33,503 nt of DNA from NCBI GenBank assembly GCA_012511485.1, contig JAAZFZ010000111.1, positions 1 through 33,503 on the forward strand, given 5' to 3'. The notes beneath the pieces are model-generated. The model saw nothing but the letters and a program-made list of their open reading frames with translations. It made no database searches and had not been told where the DNA came from. The stretch's first letter is position 1. Each line of letters starts with the position of its first letter. This DNA is from Clostridiales bacterium (lineage in GTDB: Bacteria; Bacillota; Clostridia; Oscillospirales; Acutalibacteraceae). Shown here piece by piece: positions 8,694 through 16,823 of this stretch. The translations under genes were made by a program, and so were the position numbers.

Positions 8694-8985
8694 AGGATTT
8701 ACACCTCATTATTGTTTCAATATCAAAGGTCATTAAAACTTTGAAAAAGGCTCTCAAAGCATTAATCGCCTTTGATGCCTGCCACGGGCGGCGGCGCCGC
8801 CGCCCGTGAATTTTATTTGTGCAGTAGGAGCCATTCATAAACGGCCCCAAAGTTAGCTAACAACGAGGGCGATTTATGAACCGCCCCTACCAAAGAGAAT
8901 GGGGAGATTGGGGAGTTGTATGGGGCGGGGCGACCGCCCCATACTAATTTCAATAATTTGCAAAAAATCTTTACTTTGATTTAAC
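8694..8985 (-). promoter_or_regulatory. 292-nt GC-rich, highly structured intra-operon spacer between the TasA-like gene and sipW (attenuator/processing/stabiliser candidate)
   Basis: Perfect 26-nt palindrome CACGGGCGGCGGCGCCGCCGCCCGTG (8783-8808). 10-bp hairpin TATGGGGCGG-ggcga-CCGCCCCATA (8919-8943). A third GGGGCGG copy on the minus strand (8881-8889) could pair alternatively with CCGCCCC. TTCATAAA/TTTATGAA arms (8834-8841 / 8873-8880). ATCAAAGG/CCTTTGAT arms nearer sipW. Confidence 0.5.
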
Positions 8986-9777
8986 TTAGGGGGAAGGTTC
9001 CTCGTCAGGAATAAAGTTGAGGAGGAGATTGATACCGACTGTGCCGCCGCTATATGAACCTTGACATTGGGCATCCTGACCTTCAATCCAAACTCTGACA
9101 GTAATGCTCTGAGTCCCTGCATCAGTAAAAACAAGTTCGTATGAGTCGATAAGTCCTGATTGGATTGTGGTGGGCGTAACATGGGCCGCAGTCTGGGCAA
9201 TACCGTTCAAAGCCTCTGTTGAAGTTACGTCAGAGTTTATTGCATTATAAGCACCGTTGCTATCCGCCGCATAGATTTTTGTTCCTTCTGAATCAGTGAT
9301 AGAAGCATAGGCAATAGTAGCAGTGTTAAGACCGCTAATTGAGCTTTCGCTTCCAGTGCCCTGAGTGAATTGAACCGTACCGGGTTTGCCGACACGCAGG
9401 TTCAAATCAAACTCAAGGTAATCAGCATTAGCTGTTGCAGTACCCATTGTTATTACATCATCGGCAAGTGAACCCTTTCTGAAAGACAGCGTGTCATCTC
9501 CTAGTCTTAAAGCGTCAACAGGTGCGAAATTCAGTGCAGAGAGATCAAGTTCCTTAACAGTTTCAAAGTGTTCCTCTGTGATTGTTGAAAACCAATCCAC
9601 ATTGTTTAGTGAGAGCTCAAGACCGCTCTGAGCTGCTACTCTTACATCAAGATTTTCGACTCTTGCTGAATTGCTCATTGAAAACCATGCATAGGTTGCT
9701 GATGTCAAAACAATTGCAGAAACAACAAGCATTGCAACTGCTGACAAAAGAGAACGCTTTTTCATTGACTTTTTCAT
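8986..9777 (-). CDS. Secreted TasA/camelysin-like protein with SipW-cognate class signal peptide
   Basis: 263 aa. MKKSMKKRSLLSAVAMLVVSAIVLTSATYAWFSMS matches the SipW-dependent signal peptide pattern (T-x-A-x-F-S). GGAGGAAAAC RBS. Adjacent to sipW. Confidence 0.75.
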   Translation of the reverse strand: MKKSMKKRSLLSAVAMLVVSAIVLTSATYAWFSMSNSARVENLDVRVAAQSGLELSLNNVDWFSTITEEHFETVKELDLSALNFAPVDALRLGDDTLSFRKGSLADDVITMGTATANADYLEFDLNLRVGKPGTVQFTQGTGSESSISGLNTATIAYASITDSEGTKIYAADSNGAYNAINSDVTSTEALNGIAQTAAHVTPTTIQSGLIDSYELVFTDAGTQSITVRVWIEGQDAQCQGSYSGGTVGINLLLNFIPDEEPSP

Positions 9778-9901
9778 ATGTTTTCCTCCGAATAAAAAAT
9801 TTTGAATGCTTATCAGCGTTCAATTAAATATATATCCTTAAAGTGTGTGCGAATCCGGGTGGCTGCAAGTTGGATTCCGCCTTACCCGTGCAGTGTCTCC
9901 C

Positions 9902-10729
9902 CTACGCCTGCACGGCGCTTGCGGCTTCTTCCTCCAAAACATTGAAGTTCATGGAAAGCTTGCATTCGCCTCCCAGGATTTCGTCCACACATTCTGGATC
10001 CCATCCTTCAAGCCAGATGACAACAGTGTACTTATCCACATCACCGGCTTCAAAGTTTTTCCTTATGTCTTCGCAAACCTTTAAATCCGACTTAAAAAGC
10101 TGGTCTATTGCAAACATTGCATATTGATTATTTATGTCGCGCGGGCGTTTGCCGTAAACGGTAGGCTTGCCGTTCCTAAACAACATGACCCTGATTGCAT
10201 CGTCAACACCCTTTGTGTAGGAATCAATGTCAATGCTCATATAGTAGTCAATAGTATCCTTGCCGCTGTTTTTAATATAAAAGGTATAGGCAATATTGTT
10301 TGTGCCGTTGTGGCTTCCGTTGACATTATCAAGCTCCTGAATTGACTTATATGTAGGGTCACTGGAAATATAATTGCCTGAAGTTTTCGGGTCATTTGTG
10401 AGCCATTCTTTGGTAATGTTCGTCATATTCTCAACTGCAGAACCCTGCAGCATAATTGTCGGGTCGCCAAAATCAGGGCTTTCGCAAATTGAAATTCCCT
10501 TCTCCTTAAAGGCATCAGGGTCCAGGTTAACTGTAAAACGACCTGCCTTATTAACAAAACTGACGCAGGCAAAGCTGATTGACATTATCAGCAAAAGCAA
10601 CAAAAGAACAACGAGCAGCAGCTCTATCATCTGATTTCTTTTGCTAACCTGCTTAGCGGTTACACGAACCTCTCTGCGTGCCCCTCCGGCAACAGCCGCC
10701 TTAGGCTCACTCGCTTGCTTTCGGCTCAA
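9902..10729 (-). CDS. Membrane-anchored TasA-like paralogue (possible TapA-like anchor/assembly factor); TTG start
   Basis: 275 aa. Charged N-terminus, poly-Leu TM (IELLLVVLLLLLLIMSISFACVSF), AYTFYIKNSGKDTIDY (TasA-like F.F.N.G strand). Its C-terminal block VVIWLEGWDPEC...LSMNFNVLEEE parallels VRVWIEGQDAQC...LLLNFIPDEE of the 263-aa neighbour. Confidence 0.7.
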   Translation of the reverse strand: MSRKQASEPKAAVAGGARREVRVTAKQVSKRNQMIELLLVVLLLLLLIMSISFACVSFVNKAGRFTVNLDPDAFKEKGISICESPDFGDPTIMLQGSAVENMTNITKEWLTNDPKTSGNYISSDPTYKSIQELDNVNGSHNGTNNIAYTFYIKNSGKDTIDYYMSIDIDSYTKGVDDAIRVMLFRNGKPTVYGKRPRDINNQYAMFAIDQLFKSDLKVCEDIRKNFEAGDVDKYTVVIWLEGWDPECVDEILGGECKLSMNFNVLEEEAASAVQA

Positions 10730-10749
10730 AGCTACTCAGCTCCTTTCAG

Positions 10750-11502
10750 TTAATTAATCTTAATCTGTCTCTCGGCAATAGGCTTACCGTAATAAGGACC
10801 CTTCATCTGGTCAACGCCCATTGCCCGAAGCAGGGCAGCTTTTTCTTCATTGTCAACACCGTCAACCTTAACCTTTGTTTCGATTTTTTTCGCAAAATCA
10901 ATTATGCCCTGAACAACATTTTGCGCCCGCTCGTTTTCAAGTATTCCGTCAAGCAGGCTTGCATGAACCCCAATATAATCCACCTTATAATGACTCAAAT
11001 GAGTAAGAGAAGTGAACTCAACCCCAAAATCGTCAATTGAAACTAAAAAGCCGAACTCCCTGGCGTCATTAATGTTTTTAATAACCTGCTCCTTTGTGTT
11101 ATCAAGGATGCTCTCATTTATGTTGAAACAAAACTTATCAGGGTCAATCTGCTTTTTCTCGATGATTTTTTTTGCCTGATTAAGAAAGTAATTTTTTGCA
11201 AGATATTTGACTGAAATCGGAACTATAATACGGTTAATAAATACATCACGATTTGCGCATCTCGTTATTGCGTCACAGCACTCTTCAATTGCCCATTTAT
11301 CTATTTCACAAATCTGATTTGATTTTTGTGCAATGGGCATAAACTTTTCGGGCAGGAGTACGCCGAGTTGCCTGTCGTTTATCTGCATACTGATTTCATA
11401 ATCAATTGCCATATTCAGATGAACATCAAACACCGGCTGATAAAAAATCTCAATCGCTCTTAAACGAGAACCACGGCTGACTGCCGTTTTGTTTTCTTGC
11501 AT
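10750..11502 (-). CDS. Stand-alone EAL-domain protein, apparently catalytically degenerate
   Basis: 250 aa. IFYQPVF, YEISMQ (in place of EALxR), SIDDFGVEFTSL (DDFG box), VDGVDNEE (in place of EGVE), KGPYYGKP (in place of QGxxFxxP). GAGGAG RBS. Confidence 0.75.
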   Translation of the reverse strand: MQENKTAVSRGSRLRAIEIFYQPVFDVHLNMAIDYEISMQINDRQLGVLLPEKFMPIAQKSNQICEIDKWAIEECCDAITRCANRDVFINRIIVPISVKYLAKNYFLNQAKKIIEKKQIDPDKFCFNINESILDNTKEQVIKNINDAREFGFLVSIDDFGVEFTSLTHLSHYKVDYIGVHASLLDGILENERAQNVVQGIIDFAKKIETKVKVDGVDNEEKAALLRAMGVDQMKGPYYGKPIAERQIKIN

Positions 11503-11597
11503 ATTAAGGCACTCCTCATCAGCTTATTATATATGTAGACCGATATAAAAATCGATAATTGCTAAAAATTTAAACAAAGACATACCTTCACTGTTTT

Positions 11598-11626
11598 ACT
11601 TTACCATGAGAGGATAAAATTGTCAA
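11598..11626 (-). promoter_or_regulatory. Candidate sigma-A promoter of the EAL/TasA-like/sipW cluster
   Basis: Minus strand TTGACA (11626-11621), 17-nt spacer, TGG-TAAAGT extended -10 (11603-11598). ~90-nt leader inside a 349-nt AT-rich gene-free region. Confidence 0.45.
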
Positions 11627-11790
11627 CAAAATTTATCTATTTTTGTCATTTAAAAATTTCTATTTTAAGTTTCAGATAGATAGCATCAATTATTATTTAA
11701 ACCAAAACAAAAAATAGAAAAAGAGTCTAAAAAATTGTCATATAATACTATGAATAAAAAAACAAAAAGATTATTTGCCGTTCGTTTTTT

Positions 11791-11840
11791 TATAAAAAAA
11801 CAATGCGAAAACAAGCCGATTTTATCGATTGCCTTCGCAA
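11791..11840 (-). terminator. Possible intrinsic terminator after the Gfo/Idh/MocA gene
   Basis: Minus strand CATTGCGAA ... TTCGCATTG imperfect stem (8 of 9 bp) with a 24-nt partly paired loop, followed by TTTTTTTAT. Confidence 0.4.
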
Positions 11841-11851
11841 TGTGTAGTTTT

Positions 11852-12841
11852 CTATTCTTTTTTCGGGAAAAGTATTGAGCATTTCTCTCTGATATTCTGC
11901 ATTACTTCGCTCACATCGAGAGCAAGGCCGCGCGCATAATTATACTTATGACGGTATGCTTCTCTCTGCGTGATGTAGAGATAAAAGGCCTTCGCTTCAT
12001 AGCCCATCAGCTTTGTTTTTGGGGTATACCCGCAGATAGTTGCCCGACTCCCGTCATGGCGGCAAATCTCAATATTTTGAAGCTGTGAAATTGACCCGAC
12101 AGTAATTGTCCCCTCGTCACCTAGTATCTGAGAGCCGCTGTAGCTCTGCGCAAGTTTTGAGTATGTAAGGGTAACCTGCTTGTCGCTGAAATCGAAAATA
12201 GTTGAGCCATAACCGTCCGCTCCGGTTTTTATGAAGCCTGCCGAGGATGATATTTTTTGCGGGATTCCCAAAAAATCAAGTGCAGGATAGACGCAGTAAA
12301 TGCCCAAGTCCATTAAGCAGCCTCCCGCAAATTTCGGGTTAAAAACATTGGGCAACTCCCCTCGTTTATACTGAGCATATCTGGATGAAAACTGCGAATA
12401 ATCAAAGTGGGCGCTGGTTATCTTCCCTATTCTTTTTATGGAGTTTATCAAAAGCTCTCTGGCGGGAGAATAGAGGTACATTATTGCCTCCATATAAACC
12501 AGCCCTTTCTCTTCCGCTATACACTCTAGCTCTCTGAGCTCTTCGGGCGTAACTGTTATCGGCTTTTCGCAGATGACATGTTTGCCATTTTCAAGCATCA
12601 GCTTTGACTGCTCATAGTGAAGGGAATTGGGGCTTGCAACATAAACGGCATCAATATCTGAGGATGCAAAGCTTTCAATATTGGTATAAACAACGGGAGA
12701 ACCAAATTTTTGTGCAAAATCCTCACCCCTGCGCTCAGTGCGTGAATACACTGCCGCAAGCTTGAGTCCGTCAACATCCTGCGCTCCGATGATAAATTCC
12801 TCGGTGATTTTTCCGGTGCCTATCACGCCGTATCTTATCAT
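11852..12841 (-). CDS. Gfo/Idh/MocA-family NAD(P)-dependent oxidoreductase
   Basis: MIRYGVIGTGKITEEF Rossmann N-terminus, EKP motif (HVICEKPI), 329 aa. Its ATG overlaps the upstream stop (TAATG). Confidence 0.85.
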   Translation of the reverse strand: MIRYGVIGTGKITEEFIIGAQDVDGLKLAAVYSRTERRGEDFAQKFGSPVVYTNIESFASSDIDAVYVASPNSLHYEQSKLMLENGKHVICEKPITVTPEELRELECIAEEKGLVYMEAIMYLYSPARELLINSIKRIGKITSAHFDYSQFSSRYAQYKRGELPNVFNPKFAGGCLMDLGIYCVYPALDFLGIPQKISSSAGFIKTGADGYGSTIFDFSDKQVTLTYSKLAQSYSGSQILGDEGTITVGSISQLQNIEICRHDGSRATICGYTPKTKLMGYEAKAFYLYITQREAYRHKYNYARGLALDVSEVMQNIREKCSILFPKKE

Positions 12842-13401
12842 TACATCAGCTCCAGACCCATCACGACAGAACCTGAAACTGTCGCAATTTTTTTGAAACC
12901 GTATTTTTGGTAAAAGCTAATCCCCTTTTCGTTCTTTGCGCCGACCACGAGCATGAGCCCCCTAATTTTTTTCTGCTTGAGGTGATTGACAAGGGTATCC
13001 ATAAGCTGAGTTCCAAGACCCATTCGCTGGTATTCGGGCAGAATATCGATATGCATATGCGCAGGATAAAAGCCTGCGTATCTTTTTGTTATCATTGCCG
13101 ACGCCTTCGCAAGCATCGCCTTGAATGTCCCGCATTTTTTAATTATGGGATAATATTTTTCAAAAAAGTTTTTCTCATACCTTGAATAGTTTTCGGCGCA
13201 GATTATGTAGCCCACTGCATTATCGTCATCATCAACTGCCACAAAACAATTCTGAGGCTCGCACTCAACATAATAATTGCAGAAGGTATTAATTATGGCT
13301 TTCCGCTCAACCTCGGTTTTTTTTCTCATATCAGTTGTTTTCAGGCAGATGCTTCTGACACTGTCAATATCGCTTCTTTCATATGGCCTTATTCCCGGCA
13401 T
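12841..13401 (-). CDS. GNAT-family N-acetyltransferase
   Basis: 186 aa. QRMGLGTQLMDTLVNHLK (acetyl-CoA binding Q/RxxGxG/A motif), YQKYGF near the C-terminus. Confidence 0.8.
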   Translation of the reverse strand: MPGIRPYERSDIDSVRSICLKTTDMRKKTEVERKAIINTFCNYYVECEPQNCFVAVDDDDNAVGYIICAENYSRYEKNFFEKYYPIIKKCGTFKAMLAKASAMITKRYAGFYPAHMHIDILPEYQRMGLGTQLMDTLVNHLKQKKIRGLMLVVGAKNEKGISFYQKYGFKKIATVSGSVVMGLELM

Positions 13402-13439
13402 GATAATTCCTCCTATTATATATATATCATGGTATCAGC

Positions 13440-14894
13440 TCATAAAACAGCTTCAACTGCCGCCTTCATGCCCTTTGATTCAATCAAAGCAAGGCAACTG
13501 CCGACTCTTTGTGTCAGCCCTTCAACAGTATTTAAATCCATATCCCAGAAATTCCTGTTACCAAGCACTGCTTTTGCGGTGCCGTCTTCGCCCCATACCT
13601 TTGCCATAAACGAAAGAACCTCCGGATTATCACGGATTTCATAGGGCTCTTCGTTTCTGCCGCCGATATACTTGCCGTCAATAAAACGCCCTTTATAAAA
13701 ATAGATAAGCGCCGCAAGCCCGTTGGTCAGCACAGGTGGCAGTGAACCGTTGGCGTCTTTATAGTCGAGCAGGCTTTCAAGGCACCTCGCCTTAAACTTA
13801 GAAACGGAGTTGAGTGAAATGTCAAGCAGCCTGTGTTTTATAAAAGGGTTTTCAAATCTTTCGATTACAGCCCTTGCAAAATAATCCAGCTCCGATGCCG
13901 GCAGGTTGATATTGGGCACAATCTCATCAAAAATAACTTTGGTAATGTATGTAAGCATTTGAGTGTCATTCATCATATCGAGCACGGTATCGCACCCGCA
14001 GTGATAGGCTGCAAGCACACTTGCGGTATGTGCGCCGTTGAGAATCCTGACCTTCCTTGTGCGGTACGCCGTCATATCGTCGGTAAAAATAATATTAAGC
14101 CCTATACGGTCAACGGGGAATTTCTCAATCCACTTTTCGTCACATTCTATAACCCAAAAAAGGAAGGGCTCGCAGGTGACAAGCAGCTTATCCTCATAGC
14201 CGAGCCTTTTTTCTATCTCGGGGTATTCATCTGAGGGGAAGCCAGTAACAATCCTGTCAACCAAGGTGTTTGCAAATCCGCAGGCTGTTTGAAGCCAATT
14301 GGTAAACTCATCACCGAGTGCCCATTCCTGCGCATATCGATGAACTATCATTTTTAAATTGTCGCCGTTTCTTTCAATAAGCTCAACAGGAAGGATAAGC
14401 AAGCCCTTATCCATATCACCGTTAAACTCGAGGTATCTTTTATAAAGAAGGGCGGTTAGCTTTGCAGGGTAGGAGGTCTGCGGGGTTTTGTCCAATCTGT
14501 CTCCCTTATTATAAGCAATGCCCGCCTCAGTTGTGTTGGATATGATAACCTCAAGGCTTGGCAAGCAAATTGCCTTTATAAGCTCCCGGTAGTCAGTATA
14601 GGGATTGATGCACCTTGAAACGCTTGTGATTCTTTCAAACCGCTCAACGGTTTTGCCCTGCTCCTTGCCTCTCATAAGCACAGTGTACATACAATCCTGC
14701 TCGTTGAGTTTTTCACACATACCCTTTTCAATTGGCTGCGAAATAATGACGCTTCCGTTGAAAACGCCTTTTCTGTTTGCACTCTCGACAATCCAATCCG
14801 CAAAGGCTCTAAGAAAATTGCCCTCACCTATTTGCAAAACCTTCACGGGCAGTTTTGAGAAAGTTTTTTCGTACCTTTGGTTAATTTTGAGCAT
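13440..14894 (-). CDS. uxaB: Tagaturonate reductase (altronate oxidoreductase), mannitol dehydrogenase family
   Basis: 484 aa. LQIGEGNFLRAFADWIV N-terminal signature, size and overall pattern as UxaB. TGA stop. Confidence 0.8.
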   Translation of the reverse strand: MLKINQRYEKTFSKLPVKVLQIGEGNFLRAFADWIVESANRKGVFNGSVIISQPIEKGMCEKLNEQDCMYTVLMRGKEQGKTVERFERITSVSRCINPYTDYRELIKAICLPSLEVIISNTTEAGIAYNKGDRLDKTPQTSYPAKLTALLYKRYLEFNGDMDKGLLILPVELIERNGDNLKMIVHRYAQEWALGDEFTNWLQTACGFANTLVDRIVTGFPSDEYPEIEKRLGYEDKLLVTCEPFLFWVIECDEKWIEKFPVDRIGLNIIFTDDMTAYRTRKVRILNGAHTASVLAAYHCGCDTVLDMMNDTQMLTYITKVIFDEIVPNINLPASELDYFARAVIERFENPFIKHRLLDISLNSVSKFKARCLESLLDYKDANGSLPPVLTNGLAALIYFYKGRFIDGKYIGGRNEEPYEIRDNPEVLSFMAKVWGEDGTAKAVLGNRNFWDMDLNTVEGLTQRVGSCLALIESKGMKAAVEAVL

Positions 14895-16813
14895 TAAGCG
14901 TCCTCCCCTTCATTTAACTCATAAAGGTTGCGGTTGAGCTGCTCCCACTCTTCCATTTTTTGCAGCTGTCTACCTTCGAGTTCTTCGATTTTTTCAGAAA
15001 GCTCCAAAAGCAGCTCATATTTATCTGCCGTTTCGGGGCTTGAGAGCTGTGCGCTCAGCTTTTCCTTCTCTTTATCCAGCTCATCGACAGCCTGCTCGCA
15101 GCGTCTTATCCTGCCCTCAAGCTTTCTGATTTCGCTTGCCCGCCCACGGCGCAGCTTATAATCGCTGACCTTTGCAGGCTTCTTTTCTTCCGCAGCCGGG
15201 CTTTCAGTAATAAGGGAGCGGAAATAATCATCATACCCGCCCGAAAACTCCCTGACCCCCTCAGTGCTCAGACTCAATATTTTAGTTGACAGCTTGTTAA
15301 TAAAGTATCTGTCATGCGAAACTATAAGCATTGTGCCTTCAAAGCCCAGAAGAGCCTTTTCCAAAGCCTCCATTGATGTAATATCAAGATGGTTTGTCGG
15401 CTCATCTAGCAAAAGGAAATTTGCACCGGAAAGCATGAGTTTTAGTAAAGCCACTCTTGCCTTTTCTCCGCCGCTCAAATCCGAAATGGGCTTGAAAACA
15501 TCCTCCCCTTTAAATAAGAATGCAGCAAGAGCGCTCCTTATTTGAGTCTGGTTCATTTCCCTATGGCAATCCCATATTTCGTCAATAACCCTTTTTGATT
15601 TATTGAGACACGCAAGAGTCTGGTCATAATAGCCGATTTTGACATTGGCACCGAGAAAAAAGCTACCCGAATCCGCTCTTATGGCTTTTGTAAGAATCTT
15701 CAGGAGTGTAGTCTTTCCGCAGCCGTTTGAGCCTAGGAGAAATACCCTTTCATTTTTCATTATTCTGAAAGAGACGCCCGAAAAAAGCCTGCTTTCATCA
15801 AAAGCTTTTGAAATATCCCTGACGGTAAGCACCTCGTTGCCGCTCTCGCACAAGGGTTTGAAGTCAAAGCCGAGGACATCCTCCTCACTTTCCGGCTTAA
15901 CAAGCTCGGCTAGCTTTTTTTCAAGCATCTTCTCCTTGCTTGCGGCTGTTATAAAATTGCGTTCCCTCCCCCAGCGGCGCTGCTGCTCAATAATGGCCTT
16001 TATATGCTCAATTTCCCCCATCTGATTGTCATAGTTTCTTTTTATAACTTCTGTTTGAATTTTTTTGTGCTCAAGGTCTTCGGAGTCATTGCCATTCCAC
16101 TGCGTTAAGCGGTGATGCACCAGCTCCATTGTTTTTGCGGTCACCTTGTCGAGAAAATACCTTTCATGGGAAATAATTAACGCCGCACCCTTATATTCAG
16201 CAAGGAAGCTCTCAAGCCATTCGATGCCGGAGATATCAAGATGATTTGTCGGCTCGTCAAGCAAAACTAAATCCGAACCCGAAAGCAGTAGCTTGCCCAG
16301 ACTCAGCTTTGACCTCTGCCCTCCGCTAAGACTGCTGCACGGCAGGTCAAAATCCTGCTCGGCAAAACCCAGACCCAGTAGAGCCGACCTAGCCCTGCTC
16401 CTGAATGTCAGCCCGCCTTCCCGCGCAAACTCATCATGCAGATTTGACTGGCGATTAATAAGCTCGCCCAGGTTGCCTTCATTCCTTTCGATTTTCTGTG
16501 CAAGAATTTCAAGCTCCGCCTCGATTTTTATGAGAGGCTCGAATACGGATTCCATTTCACCGTAGAGAGTTCTATCGGAGCCTTCACAGGCGTGCTGCTG
16601 TGCATAGCCCAGATTTATTGCCTTTGATTTGACTATTTGACCGCCTGTCGGCTCAAGCTCCCCTGTTATAAGTTTAAAAAGAGTGGTTTTGCCCGTGCCA
16701 TTTGAGCCGACAAGCCCAACCTTGTCCCTTTCGTCTATTCTGAAATTGACATTTTTAAACAGCAGGCTTTCGCCAAAGCTCATATTCAGATTAAATGCAT
16801 TGAGAACTGCCAT
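14894..16813 (-). CDS. ABC-F family ATPase (two NBDs, no TM domain, coiled-coil C-terminal extension)
   Basis: 639 aa. Two Walker A boxes (GSNGTGKTT, GSNGCGKTT), two LSGG signatures (LSGGQRSKL, LSGGEKARV), two LLLDEPTNHLD Walker B boxes, interdomain linker. Confidence 0.9.
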   Translation of the reverse strand: MAVLNAFNLNMSFGESLLFKNVNFRIDERDKVGLVGSNGTGKTTLFKLITGELEPTGGQIVKSKAINLGYAQQHACEGSDRTLYGEMESVFEPLIKIEAELEILAQKIERNEGNLGELINRQSNLHDEFAREGGLTFRSRARSALLGLGFAEQDFDLPCSSLSGGQRSKLSLGKLLLSGSDLVLLDEPTNHLDISGIEWLESFLAEYKGAALIISHERYFLDKVTAKTMELVHHRLTQWNGNDSEDLEHKKIQTEVIKRNYDNQMGEIEHIKAIIEQQRRWGRERNFITAASKEKMLEKKLAELVKPESEEDVLGFDFKPLCESGNEVLTVRDISKAFDESRLFSGVSFRIMKNERVFLLGSNGCGKTTLLKILTKAIRADSGSFFLGANVKIGYYDQTLACLNKSKRVIDEIWDCHREMNQTQIRSALAAFLFKGEDVFKPISDLSGGEKARVALLKLMLSGANFLLLDEPTNHLDITSMEALEKALLGFEGTMLIVSHDRYFINKLSTKILSLSTEGVREFSGGYDDYFRSLITESPAAEEKKPAKVSDYKLRRGRASEIRKLEGRIRRCEQAVDELDKEKEKLSAQLSSPETADKYELLLELSEKIEELEGRQLQKMEEWEQLNRNLYELNEGEDA

Positions 16814-16823
16814 AGATTTTACC

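Noticed and set aside
10749-10800. Apparent one-base register disagreement between my hand translation of the 3' end of the EAL gene and the ORF-track coordinates
   Set aside because: The track is computed and internally consistent (250 aa plus stop). I attribute the discrepancy to my own character counting and make no frameshift claim. Track coordinates are used.
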